The notes below the pieces were generated by a model, which worked only from the letters and a program-made list of their open reading frames with translations, was not told the DNA's origin and did not search any database. Shown piece by piece: positions 39,226-50,127 of a stretch of 64,000 nt of DNA (its first letter is position 1; each line of letters opens with the position of its first letter). Source of the DNA: an uncultured candidate division WWE3 bacterium (lineage in GTDB: Bacteria; Patescibacteriota; WWE3; UBA101185; UBA10185); the NCBI GenBank assembly GCA_963765125.1, contig CAVXUZ010000004.1, forward strand, positions 192,792-256,791. The letters are read 5' to 3'. The position numbers were made by a program, and so were the translations under genes.

Positions 39226-40500
39226 CTACTCAAAATCAATAAACTTTTCACACTCTTTTTTCTGTTCAGAAAAATCATCGTTATATTCTTTTTCAAGTTC
39301 ATCCCAGGCAGAGAGACAGTTTTTATAAGAATTTATACTTCCTTCGAGGTTTAATTCTTGGCTCAGAATATTTATCTTATTACTATTCATTAGGTACTCT
39401 TGTTTTAATTGAATTACTTGCCCGTAAGTAAGTTTAGAATTTGTGTAGCCATCCCAAAGTGTTGTTGATATTTCTAAACTTCTATCAAGTACATCAAGCA
39501 AATTATCTAAATCGTCAGTGTTCAAAACATCAATCTTTTTTGCTTTTTCCCAATTATCTAAAACCGCCGTGTCTTGAATTTTTCTTTGCTCCCAAAATAC
39601 TACTTGTGTGTAATCATAGCCAACAGGCGACTCAGAAGTTATTTCTTCTGGTTTGGTGATATTTTGTGTTTCACTAGGCGTAACCTCTTTTTTAACAGGT
39701 ATCGCTGGCGAACCGTTATCATTTTTAATAATATTTTTTATAACCCCGAGTGCATAATTTGATGTTACCGCGTAGCCAATACCCTCAGTCGGAGGAAGTA
39801 TTTTAGCCGTGTTTATACCTACAACGCCGCATTTACTCACAAGAGGGCCGCCAGAGTTTCCAGGGTTTATTGGTGTGTCTGTTTGAATTGCTGATGTACC
39901 ATTTTCTAAAACCAGATTTCTCGAGTAAACACCTTTTGTAATTGTTGATTCTCCAAATGGAGAGTTAGGCCAACCCACAGCATAAACATTTTCTGCGAGA
40001 TCAAGGTTATTACTATTTGTCCAAGTGCAGCTGGTGAGATCTGCTTCGACGTCTAAAACTGCAATATCGGATTCGATTGAATAACCAATAATTCTTGATT
40101 TATGATTTTCTCCACGATAAAAAACATCAGCGAGTCCGTCGGTTGAATAATTAATAACGTGATAATTTGTAATCAGCCAATCTTTTCCATCAATATTTGT
40201 TACAAAACTACTGCCGTGCTGTTCAGAGTTGCCAATTAAAAATGTGCAATCTTTAGCTGATCTTATGCTTTCTTTTTCTGAACACACATTGTTATCTTCT
40301 GCAACAAAGGCAGATATTTCTTCACGAGCATTATTCTCAGAGAATAATGAAAATAATTTTTGTTTGGTGATTAGGATGGGGTTAAATTTAGTAACAACAA
40401 ATACAATTATGACCAGTAAAGCTACACCAACTCCACTGGCAATTAACAGGGCAGGCTTTAATTTAGTATTAAAGCTTTTCATCTGGCAATATTTTACCAC
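39226..40500 (-). CDS. Membrane-anchored trypsin-like (S1C) serine protease
   Basis: ITNYHVI, SDIAVL, INPGNSGGPL; no obvious PDZ. Confidence 0.88.
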   Translation of the reverse strand: MVKYCQMKSFNTKLKPALLIASGVGVALLVIIVFVVTKFNPILITKQKLFSLFSENNAREEISAFVAEDNNVCSEKESIRSAKDCTFLIGNSEQHGSSFVTNIDGKDWLITNYHVINYSTDGLADVFYRGENHKSRIIGYSIESDIAVLDVEADLTSCTWTNSNNLDLAENVYAVGWPNSPFGESTITKGVYSRNLVLENGTSAIQTDTPINPGNSGGPLVSKCGVVGINTAKILPPTEGIGYAVTSNYALGVIKNIIKNDNGSPAIPVKKEVTPSETQNITKPEEITSESPVGYDYTQVVFWEQRKIQDTAVLDNWEKAKKIDVLNTDDLDNLLDVLDRSLEISTTLWDGYTNSKLTYGQVIQLKQEYLMNSNKINILSQELNLEGSINSYKNCLSAWDELEKEYNDDFSEQKKECEKFIDFE

Positions 40501-40989
40501 TTAAACGATTTGAACTACCTGAGGATGTACAAGAAGGGCATAATCGCTTGATTTTAAAGCAATTGAAACTCTTTTGTCGCCAGCGTTAAATATGATTTTA
40601 TCGTTTTCAAAGATTTTTTTATCTGCGTAGACATTCAGATCAAAAAGATTTCCAAATGGAGGAATGCCTCCGATTTCAATCCCATCGGTTAGCACATTTA
40701 TTTCATCTTGCGTAGCAAATCTAATATCCTTAGCGTTGAGCAAAGATAGTACAGATTTTTCATTAAATTTACTATCACCAGGGACAACAAACATCGTAAA
40801 ATATTTTTTATTACCACTCTCTTTGACACGAACAATGAGTGCTTTTGCTCCTTGGGCTAGAGAATACTCTGGCCTAATTTTTGCAGCCTCTTCGCTAGTT
40901 CTTACCGGTTCGTGCTCAAAGTACTCATGCCATACCCCAGCGCGTTCGATAATATCTTTTATTGTCTTTACAGTTTTATGAAAAGTCAT
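40501..40989 (-). CDS. YbaK/ProX family aminoacyl-tRNA deacylase
   Basis: GAKALIV, GGIPPFG, FNAG. Confidence 0.88.
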   Translation of the reverse strand: MTFHKTVKTIKDIIERAGVWHEYFEHEPVRTSEEAAKIRPEYSLAQGAKALIVRVKESGNKKYFTMFVVPGDSKFNEKSVLSLLNAKDIRFATQDEINVLTDGIEIGGIPPFGNLFDLNVYADKKIFENDKIIFNAGDKRVSIALKSSDYALLVHPQVVQIV

Positions 40990-41015
40990 TGCTGAATTCT
41001 ATAATAAATTGGAGA

Positions 41016-42137
41016 TCATTTTAACTCATCACTAAATAGAGCTTTTGCTGTATCCCAGTAGAATGGATTATTGTTATAAAACTTTTCCCAATACCACCAT
41101 TCACCACCCCATAAATAATACTCTTTAAATCCCGCTTTTTGAGAATACGCAATAGTGTCTAAAAAGTGATGGCGCGACATAGTTTTATCTTTTTCGTATT
41201 GAGAAAGCTTATTATTAATTGAAGGGCCCCAAGGTTCACCCTGTAACTCTGTCACAATAATTTTTTCGTCAGGTACGAGTGTAAGATCTGCCTTTATCTT
41301 GTATGTCCAGTGAGCGAGCGGGTACTGAAAATATATAAAATTACCTAAAAAGATGTGCCAGAAATCATACCAAATTCTTCTGTACATTGAGATACCAAGG
41401 TAATCGCCCTGTTGGTAGGTTGGGAACCAAAAACCTCCCTCACCGCTATCCTGAACCATAATTGGCCTACTATCCATAGATTTAACAAGTTCAACCTCTT
41501 TTGCGAGAATATCTTTGTTTACTTTGGGATCGCATACACCAAAAGGAAAGAACGGTTCATTTTCAACCTGCCACATTTTGATGTTGTCGTAGCCCTTTAG
41601 GTTATCCACTGCGGTTTTTACATACTCGAGAAGCTCAATATATTTAAATTCTTCATCTTTAATTTCTTTCCACCAAGTAGGTTCAAAACATTCTGGGTAT
41701 CTAGGTACCTTTCTGCCGATAGATAGTATTACAGGAATATTTCTTTTCTTTGCCTCGTCTAGCTGCCATTTAATATCAGTAAAGTTGTATGTGTCTTTTG
41801 TTGCCTCAACATCATCCCAATAAGCAACGAGTCTGAGATTTTTAACGCCAAGGTCATCAAGAATTGCAATATACATATCTTGCCAATTAACCCCGAGTTC
41901 CATTGCGTAACGATTACTAAAAGTAATTCCATATTCTATATTTTCTTGAACTTTTGGACGATAAATAAAAAATAAGATGAGGGGTGCTATTAAAACAAAA
42001 ACTACAAATAATATTAAAACCTTAACAACATGAAGTTTTACAAGTTTACCTACAAGGCCTTGGGCTTTCTTAAACTCCTTAACCTCTTTTGTAATTCCTC
42101 TTTTTCTTTTGAATGGAAATATATTAGGCAGTTTCAT
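41016..42137 (-). CDS. Membrane-anchored clan GH-A glycoside hydrolase
   Basis: WQVENEP acid/base, VTELQGEPW nucleophile region, LWGGEWWY. Confidence 0.75.
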   Translation of the reverse strand: MKLPNIFPFKRKRGITKEVKEFKKAQGLVGKLVKLHVVKVLILFVVFVLIAPLILFFIYRPKVQENIEYGITFSNRYAMELGVNWQDMYIAILDDLGVKNLRLVAYWDDVEATKDTYNFTDIKWQLDEAKKRNIPVILSIGRKVPRYPECFEPTWWKEIKDEEFKYIELLEYVKTAVDNLKGYDNIKMWQVENEPFFPFGVCDPKVNKDILAKEVELVKSMDSRPIMVQDSGEGGFWFPTYQQGDYLGISMYRRIWYDFWHIFLGNFIYFQYPLAHWTYKIKADLTLVPDEKIIVTELQGEPWGPSINNKLSQYEKDKTMSRHHFLDTIAYSQKAGFKEYYLWGGEWWYWEKFYNNNPFYWDTAKALFSDELK

Positions 42138-42138
42138 A

Positions 42139-43359
42139 CTACTTTTCTATCGTACCATTTTTACAAATTTTTGCGTATTCGAAATATGAAGGCCGCGGCG
42201 TTCGTTTAAACCCGTTGTTGTAGTCTACAGCTACAAGACCGAATCGTTTTGAAAAACCCGCGTGGAGTTCAAAATTGTCCAGTAGTGACCAATGAAAATA
42301 GCCTTTTAACAGCGCGCCTGCCTGAATTGCTTCAGAGCAACTCCATAGAATTTCTTTTAAGTACCAAGCTCGATTCGTATCCTTTTCGTCAGCGAGGCCG
42401 TTTTCAGTAATATAGATAGGCAGGTTATATTTTTTTAAGCGTAATAAAATATGTTTAATCCCGGTTGTTTCTAACCACCAGCCATAGTCAGACACTTTAT
42501 CATTCACATTTTGAACTTTAAGATTTCTTATATTGTTGGTGAAGTAGAAGTTAACACCCATAACATCCAAGTGGGATCTAACGCGGTCCAGAAAAAATTC
42601 GCAGTTTAGAAAATTTAAAATACCAGCAGCAATTTTATCTAGCGGATTTTTACTCTGGGGATCAGCACGGTTATGCATAATATTTTTTACAATTCCAACT
42701 TTATAATCACCCACACCCTTGATTGCCTCGTACGCTTTATTATGCGCAGTACGCATCGTCATTTGACACGCCACTACTAAAAAAGGATTAGTTTTTTGTG
42801 GAGGCCACTTTCCGTGAAGATACGTGAGCATAGAATAAACTTGCGGTTCGTTGATTGTTATATATACGTCTATAAGATCACCAAATTCTTCAGCACATTT
42901 TTTTGCATATCTTGCAAATAAGTTTGGTGTTCGAGAGTTTGTCCAACCTCCCATGTCGGCGAGCCACTGAGGACTAGAAAAATGGTGAAGTGTAACAAAG
43001 GTTTTTAATCCTCGAGCCTTAGCTGCCTCAAGAACACTTTTATAGTGTGCAAATTCTTTAGTGTTAAATTTGCCTTTTATAGGCTCCAGCCTTGCCCATT
43101 CAATGCCAATTCTAATCGCGTTGTTATTGAGCCTCTGTGCAAGGTCAAAATCCTGCTCGTACATTTTATATGAGTTTGTAGCCATTCCTGACGCGTCTAC
43201 AGGCCATTCAGATCTGTTTATAAAGGGGGATTTCTTATCCTTTGACCTGTCGCGGGTTTCCCATCTCCACCAATCAGAATTAGTGTTTCCACCTTCGATT
43301 TGGTGCCCAGAGGTTGCTGTTCCCCATAGAAAATCATCTGAAAATTTATAGCTAGCCAT
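42139..43359 (-). CDS. GH1 beta-glucosidase
   Basis: FLWGTATSGHQIEG, TINEP, ITENG, WSLLDNFE. Confidence 0.93.
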   Translation of the reverse strand: MASYKFSDDFLWGTATSGHQIEGGNTNSDWWRWETRDRSKDKKSPFINRSEWPVDASGMATNSYKMYEQDFDLAQRLNNNAIRIGIEWARLEPIKGKFNTKEFAHYKSVLEAAKARGLKTFVTLHHFSSPQWLADMGGWTNSRTPNLFARYAKKCAEEFGDLIDVYITINEPQVYSMLTYLHGKWPPQKTNPFLVVACQMTMRTAHNKAYEAIKGVGDYKVGIVKNIMHNRADPQSKNPLDKIAAGILNFLNCEFFLDRVRSHLDVMGVNFYFTNNIRNLKVQNVNDKVSDYGWWLETTGIKHILLRLKKYNLPIYITENGLADEKDTNRAWYLKEILWSCSEAIQAGALLKGYFHWSLLDNFELHAGFSKRFGLVAVDYNNGFKRTPRPSYFEYAKICKNGTIEK

Positions 43360-43382
43360 AGTTTAAGTATACATACTGAAAG

Positions 43383-43952
43383 CTATTCTGCAGAGGAGGG
43401 AGTATTAATTACTCGAGAATAGTCAATTACACCACATCGAATTTCAAAGCGGGTAGTAAAGGTTTTTACAGTTGCATCTGGATCTTCAATTTCTTGCTTT
43501 CTTAGGACGCACACAGTTTCGTCATTAGAAAATCCCGTATGCTCTTTATTATCTAGAATATAAGTGTTTAAAGAGTTTTCAGAAAATTGTTGTGTCTGAA
43601 GAGCATTTTTTACTGCACCCATTACTTCTTGTGTTGCACCCTCAATAGAAACATTTTTTCCCAAGACCTCGTATGTATTAGTATCTGTTTTCCATAAATA
43701 TGAAGAATCATTTATTTCGATAATAGAAAGTCCTGCAGATTTTCCTAAAGACACTAATAAAGAATCAATATTTGTTTTTTGTTGTGGAATACGTTCGGCA
43801 CGATTTTCTGCGATTCCAGTTTCTTGAAAAGAATTAGTTGCAATAGATGCACCCTTAACATCAGATCTAAAAATTCCTGTTTGACGAGAATACATAAATG
43901 CAACTGTAGTTAGAGTTAGAGCAATCAATAGGGTGATGATTTTTTTATTCAT
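43383..43952 (-). CDS. Secreted/anchored hypothetical protein
   Basis: N-terminal signal/TM. Confidence 0.6.
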   Translation of the reverse strand: MNKKIITLLIALTLTTVAFMYSRQTGIFRSDVKGASIATNSFQETGIAENRAERIPQQKTNIDSLLVSLGKSAGLSIIEINDSSYLWKTDTNTYEVLGKNVSIEGATQEVMGAVKNALQTQQFSENSLNTYILDNKEHTGFSNDETVCVLRKQEIEDPDATVKTFTTRFEIRCGVIDYSRVINTPSSAE

Positions 43953-43982
43953 GAAAGTATTACCTAGACAAATTATAACAAT

Positions 43983-45440
43983 TTATAAACCAAGCAGTTT
44001 TGAAACCTCGTTAGTTAGCTCTTGGTAGTTAAAGTACTTATTAAGTTCGGTTTTCCAATTCGGGTCAGTAGTGCTAATTGCCGGTTCTACACCTTTGCCT
44101 TCAATCGTCAACCCATCTTCTCTCAATGTTAGACTATGAACTAAAAGTACTGAGTAAACCTCGCTTTCCGGATCTATTTGATTGTTAATTTTAAATACAC
44201 TCTCGACTGTACCCCAGCCCTTTGTGTTTGTACCGACTAAAATACCCACATTATATTTTTTGAGCACCGCTGCAAAGACCTCGCCAGATGACTGCACTTG
44301 ATTATCTGTTAAAACTACAACCTTTTTATATCTAACTAGGCTAGGAAGCCACCCTGTGACGGTTTTAAAGTCTTGTTTATTGCCGCGGCTATAAAACTGA
44401 TACGCGTACTGATCGTTGCCAATAAAAGGCCCCAAGAAGAAAGGTAGGCCGTCGATTGCCCCACCGATATTACCTCTAAGATCAATAATTAGCGTATCAA
44501 GCTGGTCACCACTATCAACTTTAGCCATAACTCTGGTAAGCTCTTCAACTGTGGTTGGTGAAAACTTAGTTATATGAATGTAAAAAATTCTTGGAGAAAG
44601 AAGCCTGTTATCAATAGTCGGGTCAACACCTAATTCGTCGTAGACTTTTTTGTTTCCTTGGTCGACTAGTACTTCTTTTGCTTTTTCAACTTCCACTTTT
44701 TCTTGAACGACCTCGGGGGTTTGAGATTTTGAATTTAACTCCGCAACTTTCTCTTCATAAGCCTGCTCAACTTTTTCAGGCGCCGCATCTTTTTCTACTT
44801 TTAGTGTTTCGTAGTGGTTAACATTTACATTAATATTTTTTACTGTGTTAGAGAGTTCTTTTTGGGCCTTTGAGGTGTAAAGTCTACTTCTGCCGAAAGG
44901 TTCAAGGTTTGCAAGCATAACATCAGTGGTTTTCACAATAAAATCTTTTTTCTGTGCATCATCCATCGTACTCATAATATTTTGTAGCATTGCTCTGGTT
45001 TGGTTTTGTGTTGTAGGTACAGTTTCAATTGGTTTTGCAATAATTTTCTCCGCACTCAGTTTAATAACGTTACCCAATTGCTCGTCGCTCAAAGTATTCC
45101 AGTATTTTTCTTTGACCAAATTATAAACTTCAAAAAAGAATGCGGTATATTTATCATCTGTTGTTTGCTGTTCAGCCTTTTGTTCATCAAAAAATCCTGA
45201 ATCAGGGAGAACCTGCTGCCAATCTTTTCCAAATGGCGATTTTCTACCGGCAACTGAAACTAGAAGAACTATTGCGATAACACCAATAGTTATCAACGAT
45301 TTTTTCTTAAACTTAAGATTTGAAAGCCATTCACCGAGTTGTTTAAACTTAGCTAGATCTGGTTTGGTGATTTTAATAGATTTAATTTTTTGAATAATTG
45401 CTAGTAGTTTGGCTTTCATACAAATAGTAATATACCACAC
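43983..45440 (-). CDS. S41 family peptidase with J-domain-like insert
   Basis: IIDLRGNIGG, SSGEVF, GTNTKGWG; NHYETLKV...YDELG segment. Confidence 0.8.
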   Translation of the reverse strand: MWYITICMKAKLLAIIQKIKSIKITKPDLAKFKQLGEWLSNLKFKKKSLITIGVIAIVLLVSVAGRKSPFGKDWQQVLPDSGFFDEQKAEQQTTDDKYTAFFFEVYNLVKEKYWNTLSDEQLGNVIKLSAEKIIAKPIETVPTTQNQTRAMLQNIMSTMDDAQKKDFIVKTTDVMLANLEPFGRSRLYTSKAQKELSNTVKNINVNVNHYETLKVEKDAAPEKVEQAYEEKVAELNSKSQTPEVVQEKVEVEKAKEVLVDQGNKKVYDELGVDPTIDNRLLSPRIFYIHITKFSPTTVEELTRVMAKVDSGDQLDTLIIDLRGNIGGAIDGLPFFLGPFIGNDQYAYQFYSRGNKQDFKTVTGWLPSLVRYKKVVVLTDNQVQSSGEVFAAVLKKYNVGILVGTNTKGWGTVESVFKINNQIDPESEVYSVLLVHSLTLREDGLTIEGKGVEPAISTTDPNWKTELNKYFNYQELTNEVSKLLGL

Positions 45441-45467
45441 GCTTTAAGATGAAAAATAGGGTCGAAA

Positions 45468-45821
45468 TTATGAAAACATCAGTATATTTAAGAAAACGCT
45501 TATATATAAAGTTAACCACCCAGCGGTGTACGCGACTAGGCGAATAGCTGATTTAGCATCTTTATTATCCCAAAAAACAATTGTTGCTCTGCCAAAGGCG
45601 AGAAGGCCGCAGATAAGCACAGAGACAACCAGCAAAGTTAAAACAAGCGCCGGCCCGATCATAGTTGTTGCTTTTCCAAATATACTTTCACCGTTCCACA
45701 GAAGTAAGCTAATTACCAAACAATAAACTGCAATCGCAGTGGCTTGAACAAAGCCCTGCATTGATAGAGATAACTTTGCAAATAGACAGCTTTTATTTTT
45801 TATTGAGTGAAGAAATTTCAT
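45468..45821 (-). CDS. Three-TM hypothetical protein
   Basis: Hydrophobic ORF in an operon-like run. Confidence 0.55.
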   Translation of the reverse strand: MKFLHSIKNKSCLFAKLSLSMQGFVQATAIAVYCLVISLLLWNGESIFGKATTMIGPALVLTLLVVSVLICGLLAFGRATIVFWDNKDAKSAIRLVAYTAGWLTLYISVFLNILMFS

Positions 45822-45841
45822 AAGTTAATTATACAGCTTGT

Positions 45842-46285
45842 CTAAGGGTTTAAATTGACGATATCACCAACGTTAAGGTTGTATTTCCTTGCCCAACCTC
45901 CATTTAGCTCAATAACATATTTTGCAGTATTGACATCTGGTAAATACGATGGACACGGGCTTTGAAGACATGGCGCCGCCGAGTGCTCTATATAAACCAC
46001 CCTCTTGTCGCTATTGAGCCATATCATATCTAAAGGTATGAAGGTTTGTTTCATCCAAAAACTGTGTCTGCCGGGCGCATCATATAAAAAAAGCATTCCT
46101 TCGTTTTCAGGCATAAATTTTACATTCATCAAGCCGTTTGATTTTTCAAGCGAAGTTTTTGCAATTTTTACAAAGACGCTATTTTCATTGATTTTTATTT
46201 CATGTCTTTCTTTATAATGACCCCAAATTGTAAGTACAAGTATCGTTGCAGGAATTAATAATAGGTAGTAGCTTCTCAATTTCAT
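45842..46285 (-). CDS. DUF192 family protein
   Basis: GLM...GMLF...FWMKQTFIPLDMIW...YVIELNGG. Confidence 0.9.
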   Translation of the reverse strand: MKLRSYYLLLIPATILVLTIWGHYKERHEIKINENSVFVKIAKTSLEKSNGLMNVKFMPENEGMLFLYDAPGRHSFWMKQTFIPLDMIWLNSDKRVVYIEHSAAPCLQSPCPSYLPDVNTAKYVIELNGGWARKYNLNVGDIVNLNP

Positions 46286-46361
46286 CCCTCTAATTTTAAC
46301 AAACTATTTATGTATAATTATTAAGTACAAAATTTTTATAAAAGGAGGTGCTCAAAGAAAA

Positions 46362-46655
46362 ATGAAGAAATACGTAATATTCATAGGAAGTATGGTGCTG
46401 GTAGTCGCCGCGCTTTATTTCACTGTTAACAGTGTGGTTGCAGGAAAGCTTACAACAAAAGCTAGTCCAAAGTTTGTAACTTATGAAACGCTTGAGAAAA
46501 AGCTAGCAGATAAAGTAGCTGCGCTAGTTGCTGTGTCTTTAGAGGAGTTTAAAAGCGATATAGAAGAGACAAACAACAGAATGACGAGTATGCAGCAGAC
46601 CATGGACGATATCAATAGAAGATTAGATCTTATTGAAGCCCAGATTGAAAACTAA
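46362..46655 (+). CDS. Single-TM coiled-coil protein
   Basis: AGGAGGTG RBS; TM followed by coiled coil. Confidence 0.6.
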   Translation: MKKYVIFIGSMVLVVAALYFTVNSVVAGKLTTKASPKFVTYETLEKKLADKVAALVAVSLEEFKSDIEETNNRMTSMQQTMDDINRRLDLIEAQIEN

Positions 46656-46712
46656 ACAACTGCCGTAATAAATTTAATTGAACACTGGGGAGAAAGGTGT
46701 AATAATTTGAGT

Positions 46713-47411
46713 ATGAAAAATCCAAAAAATATTATTATAGTTATCGTTGCATTGTTGTTAGTTTCGTTTGTCGCATGGCGGTTTGTACTGCCTAAGGTTG
46801 CACCGGATGCGATGCAGAAAGGCGCCGATACCGCAACAGACGGCACCATGGTTGATAAAGCAGACGCAGGCGACACAGTAAAAGGTACACTTTTTGACAT
46901 TCTAAACCTAGGAAAATCAACAAAGTGTGTTGGTTCAGTTGATATGGGTGACGGCAAAGTTTCAACCACAGTCTACGCCTCAGGCAAAAAATCATATTCA
47001 GAAAACATAGTTGAGACAGAAGACGGTGAGTTTAAGACCTACGCAGTATTTGATGGGGAATGGATGTACTCGTGGGGTGATATGGGTATAGCCTCAAAAA
47101 TGAAAATTGATGAGCTCGCCGATCTAAACAAACCCGCAGAAGAAATTGAAGAAGACGCCGATATGGCCGAAGATCTAGCTATGCCAGAAGATTATGAATA
47201 CAAATGTACTCCATGGCTTGCCGACCCAAGCAAATTCAATCCTCCAGCAGATATAGAGTTTGTGGATTGGACAGAAACCTTAAAAGGATTTTCAGAGGCA
47301 GCAGAGAAGGGCGATATGGACAGCCTTAAAGAGTCAGGTTGCGCAGCATGTAATATGCTTCAAGACGACGCCGCAAAAGCAGATTGTATGGCTAACTTTA
47401 ACTGCGAGTAA
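46713..47411 (+). CDS. Secreted acidic hypothetical protein
   Basis: TM; DGEWMYSW; YKCTPW...FNPPADIEF. Confidence 0.65.
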   Translation: MKNPKNIIIVIVALLLVSFVAWRFVLPKVAPDAMQKGADTATDGTMVDKADAGDTVKGTLFDILNLGKSTKCVGSVDMGDGKVSTTVYASGKKSYSENIVETEDGEFKTYAVFDGEWMYSWGDMGIASKMKIDELADLNKPAEEIEEDADMAEDLAMPEDYEYKCTPWLADPSKFNPPADIEFVDWTETLKGFSEAAEKGDMDSLKESGCAACNMLQDDAAKADCMANFNCE

Positions 47412-47457
47412 GTCCTAGATTAGCCTAGTCGATTTAGTTAAACGACTGTAAAATCAG

Positions 47458-48738
47458 ATGGAGATGTTGTTAAAGAAACTTTCAGCAGTTGTTTATAAGC
47501 TAAAGACAGACGATTCCTTTGCAAATACAGTGATGGTTACAGTTGCGCTTGTTGTAGCTGGTTTTTTTGGGTATGTATTGCAAATATACCTCGGCCGCAA
47601 GCTTTCTTTAGCCGAGTATGGTATTTTTAATGCGCTGCTGTCACTTTTAACCCTCCTTACCTTTTTTAATACGGGCATCGCTCTTTCAGCTACAAAAGTT
47701 GTATCAGAGCTATTTGGCGAGAAAAAACTAGGTGTTTTGGGAGATTTGTTTTGGAGATTGGCAACATTTTTTGGTATAACGGGGGGCATTCTTTTAATAG
47801 TACTTAATATTTTTAAAACGCAGTTTATGCATTTTTTAAATATTGCAGAACCATCGTACATTTTTTTCTTTAGTACATACTTAGTAGTAAGGTATTTATC
47901 TGTTCCTACAGGGATTTATTTGCAAGGCCTACTCAAGTTTAAAGAACTTTCTTACTACACAACATTCTCATCATTAATAAGAACAATAGTATTGGGGACG
48001 CTTGCCTATTTTGGTTATAAGGTTGGAGCACTATATCTGGGAATGAGCGTCGCAGAAATTATCTCTCTACTCATAACTTCAATATTTATAAAAGAAATCT
48101 TTACCAAGAAATCTGTTGAGGAGACAAAGCCGCAGTTAAAAAGAATTATGGAATTAAGCTGGCCGGTAACCTCGATTTATTTTAGTCTTTTGTTTTTTTA
48201 CAACATAGACATTTTAATGGTGCAGAGATTTTTTGACGCTGATAGCTCAGGTTTATATGTAGGAGCAGCAACGATGGGAAAAATAATATTATTTGGCACA
48301 GGGGCAATCGCAACCGTTATGTTTCCACAGATTTCTGCCATGAAGGCAAAACGAAAGGCAATCGCTGAAAAGCTTAAAATATTCACCTTATTACAGGTAG
48401 GTACAATAGTTGTAGCTTTAGCCTTTTTCTGCTTTTTTCCTAAATTTATCACTTTTCAGCTTTTTGGCGCGAGATACTCTGGATCGATTCAAATGCTGCC
48501 ACTTTACGCAGTTTTTATCTCTCTCAATGTGTTAATTAATTTTATTGTGAGATTTTTAATGGCGGTTGATAAGCTAAGTTACTCATACCTCTTGTTAGGC
48601 GCATCTCTAGTTCAAGTAGTACTATTGTTTTTCTTTCACACGAGCTTGCAGCAAATTCTTTTAATTAATACTGCAATTATGTTTGTTCTACTAATATACT
48701 TGGGATTTTTAATAAGACCTTATTTTAGACCAACCTGA
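47458..48738 (+). CDS. Wzx-like oligosaccharide flippase
   Basis: About 12 TMs; GRKLSLAEYG; DILMV...GLY. Confidence 0.8.
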   Translation: MEMLLKKLSAVVYKLKTDDSFANTVMVTVALVVAGFFGYVLQIYLGRKLSLAEYGIFNALLSLLTLLTFFNTGIALSATKVVSELFGEKKLGVLGDLFWRLATFFGITGGILLIVLNIFKTQFMHFLNIAEPSYIFFFSTYLVVRYLSVPTGIYLQGLLKFKELSYYTTFSSLIRTIVLGTLAYFGYKVGALYLGMSVAEIISLLITSIFIKEIFTKKSVEETKPQLKRIMELSWPVTSIYFSLLFFYNIDILMVQRFFDADSSGLYVGAATMGKIILFGTGAIATVMFPQISAMKAKRKAIAEKLKIFTLLQVGTIVVALAFFCFFPKFITFQLFGARYSGSIQMLPLYAVFISLNVLINFIVRFLMAVDKLSYSYLLLGASLVQVVLLFFFHTSLQQILLINTAIMFVLLIYLGFLIRPYFRPT

Positions 48739-50000
48739 TCTTCGCCAGTCCATAAAGAAGTATTTTTTTTCAATTTCGAGTAGAGTGAAGCTTTTAGACT
48801 TTTAGTTACAATAGAAAACGCATCAATTATTATGTAACCGAGAACTGTAAGTTTACACAAAACGTTATTACATTTTTCTGAGCTAACGTCTGTATAAAAT
48901 TCTTCATATTCTTGGATCTGTTTTTCCCATGGAATGCTCTTTGCTTTTTGAAAACCACGTTGTTTAAGTTCAGCCAAAAGCCTTTCATTATAAACGGCCT
49001 TAACGATTGCACGTGCCAATGTTTCTGGGTTTTTAGGTTCGACTAAAATGCCATTACTGCCCACAATTTCAGGGTTTGAACCAACTTTGGTTGTAAGTAC
49101 CGGCGTACCGCAAGCCATTGCCTCTAAATATACCCAACCAAAGCCTTCATAAAGGGTTGGTAAGACAAAAAGGTCTGCGAGTACGTAGTGTTTAGTGAGT
49201 TCAACGTCTTTTGTAGGTAACGCTCCAACAAATGTAATAAACCTGTTTAATCCGTAGCGCGTGGTGCTATTTTCTAAAAATTGTTTTTCAACGCCGTCGC
49301 CAACAATAAACAAACGAATTTCATCAATCTTTTCTCGATTTACAATAATATCCATTGCCTCGATAAGAGTAATGAGATTTTTTCGAGGATCAAGTCTGCA
49401 AACACTTACTAAAATCTTTTCATTTGGTTTAATCTGATATTTTAATTTTAAATCGTCGACGTTAGTATTTGGATTAAATCTGGTTAAATCAAAACCTTTT
49501 GGGATTACAACTCCTGAATAGCCCATCTTTCTACTTTGGTCGTTCATAAAGTTTGAAATGTGAATCGCACCGTTGGCTCTTTTTCCTTCAATAATTTCAA
49601 GCGAAGTATCACCTGCTAAAACCATTACATATGGGTAACCAAAAACTAGTTTTAATAACCTCGCCAAAACAGCCTCTAAAGAAAAATGAATAGAGAGCAC
49701 GTCAAAAACCCTGCCCTTCATACGCAGGCGCAAAACCTTATAAAAGCACTTAATTAAAAACAAGCCGGCGTAAAAAAAGCCTGAAAGACCGTACGAATAA
49801 TAACCTTTTGGTGTGTTTACATAGATTTTCTCAAGACCGTCAATTTTATCTAAAGCAGTACCATTTGTTGTAATAACAGTAACCTCGTGGCCCTTTTTAA
49901 GAAACCACTCCATAAGTTCCTGCATATGGGTTTCATTACCCCCTTGGTTGTAGCCTACCCATCTATTTATCAAAAGAATTTTTAGTTTTTTATCTGTCAT
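48720..50000 (-). CDS. GT4 glycosyltransferase
   Basis: GGNETH, FVLPTLYEGFGWVYLEAMACGTPV. Confidence 0.9.
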   Translation of the reverse strand: MTDKKLKILLINRWVGYNQGGNETHMQELMEWFLKKGHEVTVITTNGTALDKIDGLEKIYVNTPKGYYSYGLSGFFYAGLFLIKCFYKVLRLRMKGRVFDVLSIHFSLEAVLARLLKLVFGYPYVMVLAGDTSLEIIEGKRANGAIHISNFMNDQSRKMGYSGVVIPKGFDLTRFNPNTNVDDLKLKYQIKPNEKILVSVCRLDPRKNLITLIEAMDIIVNREKIDEIRLFIVGDGVEKQFLENSTTRYGLNRFITFVGALPTKDVELTKHYVLADLFVLPTLYEGFGWVYLEAMACGTPVLTTKVGSNPEIVGSNGILVEPKNPETLARAIVKAVYNERLLAELKQRGFQKAKSIPWEKQIQEYEEFYTDVSSEKCNNVLCKLTVLGYIIIDAFSIVTKSLKASLYSKLKKNTSLWTGEDQVGLK

Positions 50001-50127
50001 AGAGCCTAGTTTACAAATTATACCGTATTTATTATTAACGCAACGTTAAATAGGGTTGGTTTGGTGATGGGGGAGATTTGGAGGAATAAAAAAAGAGAAA
50101 CTTTTTATGGTTTCTCTTTAGTAGTTC

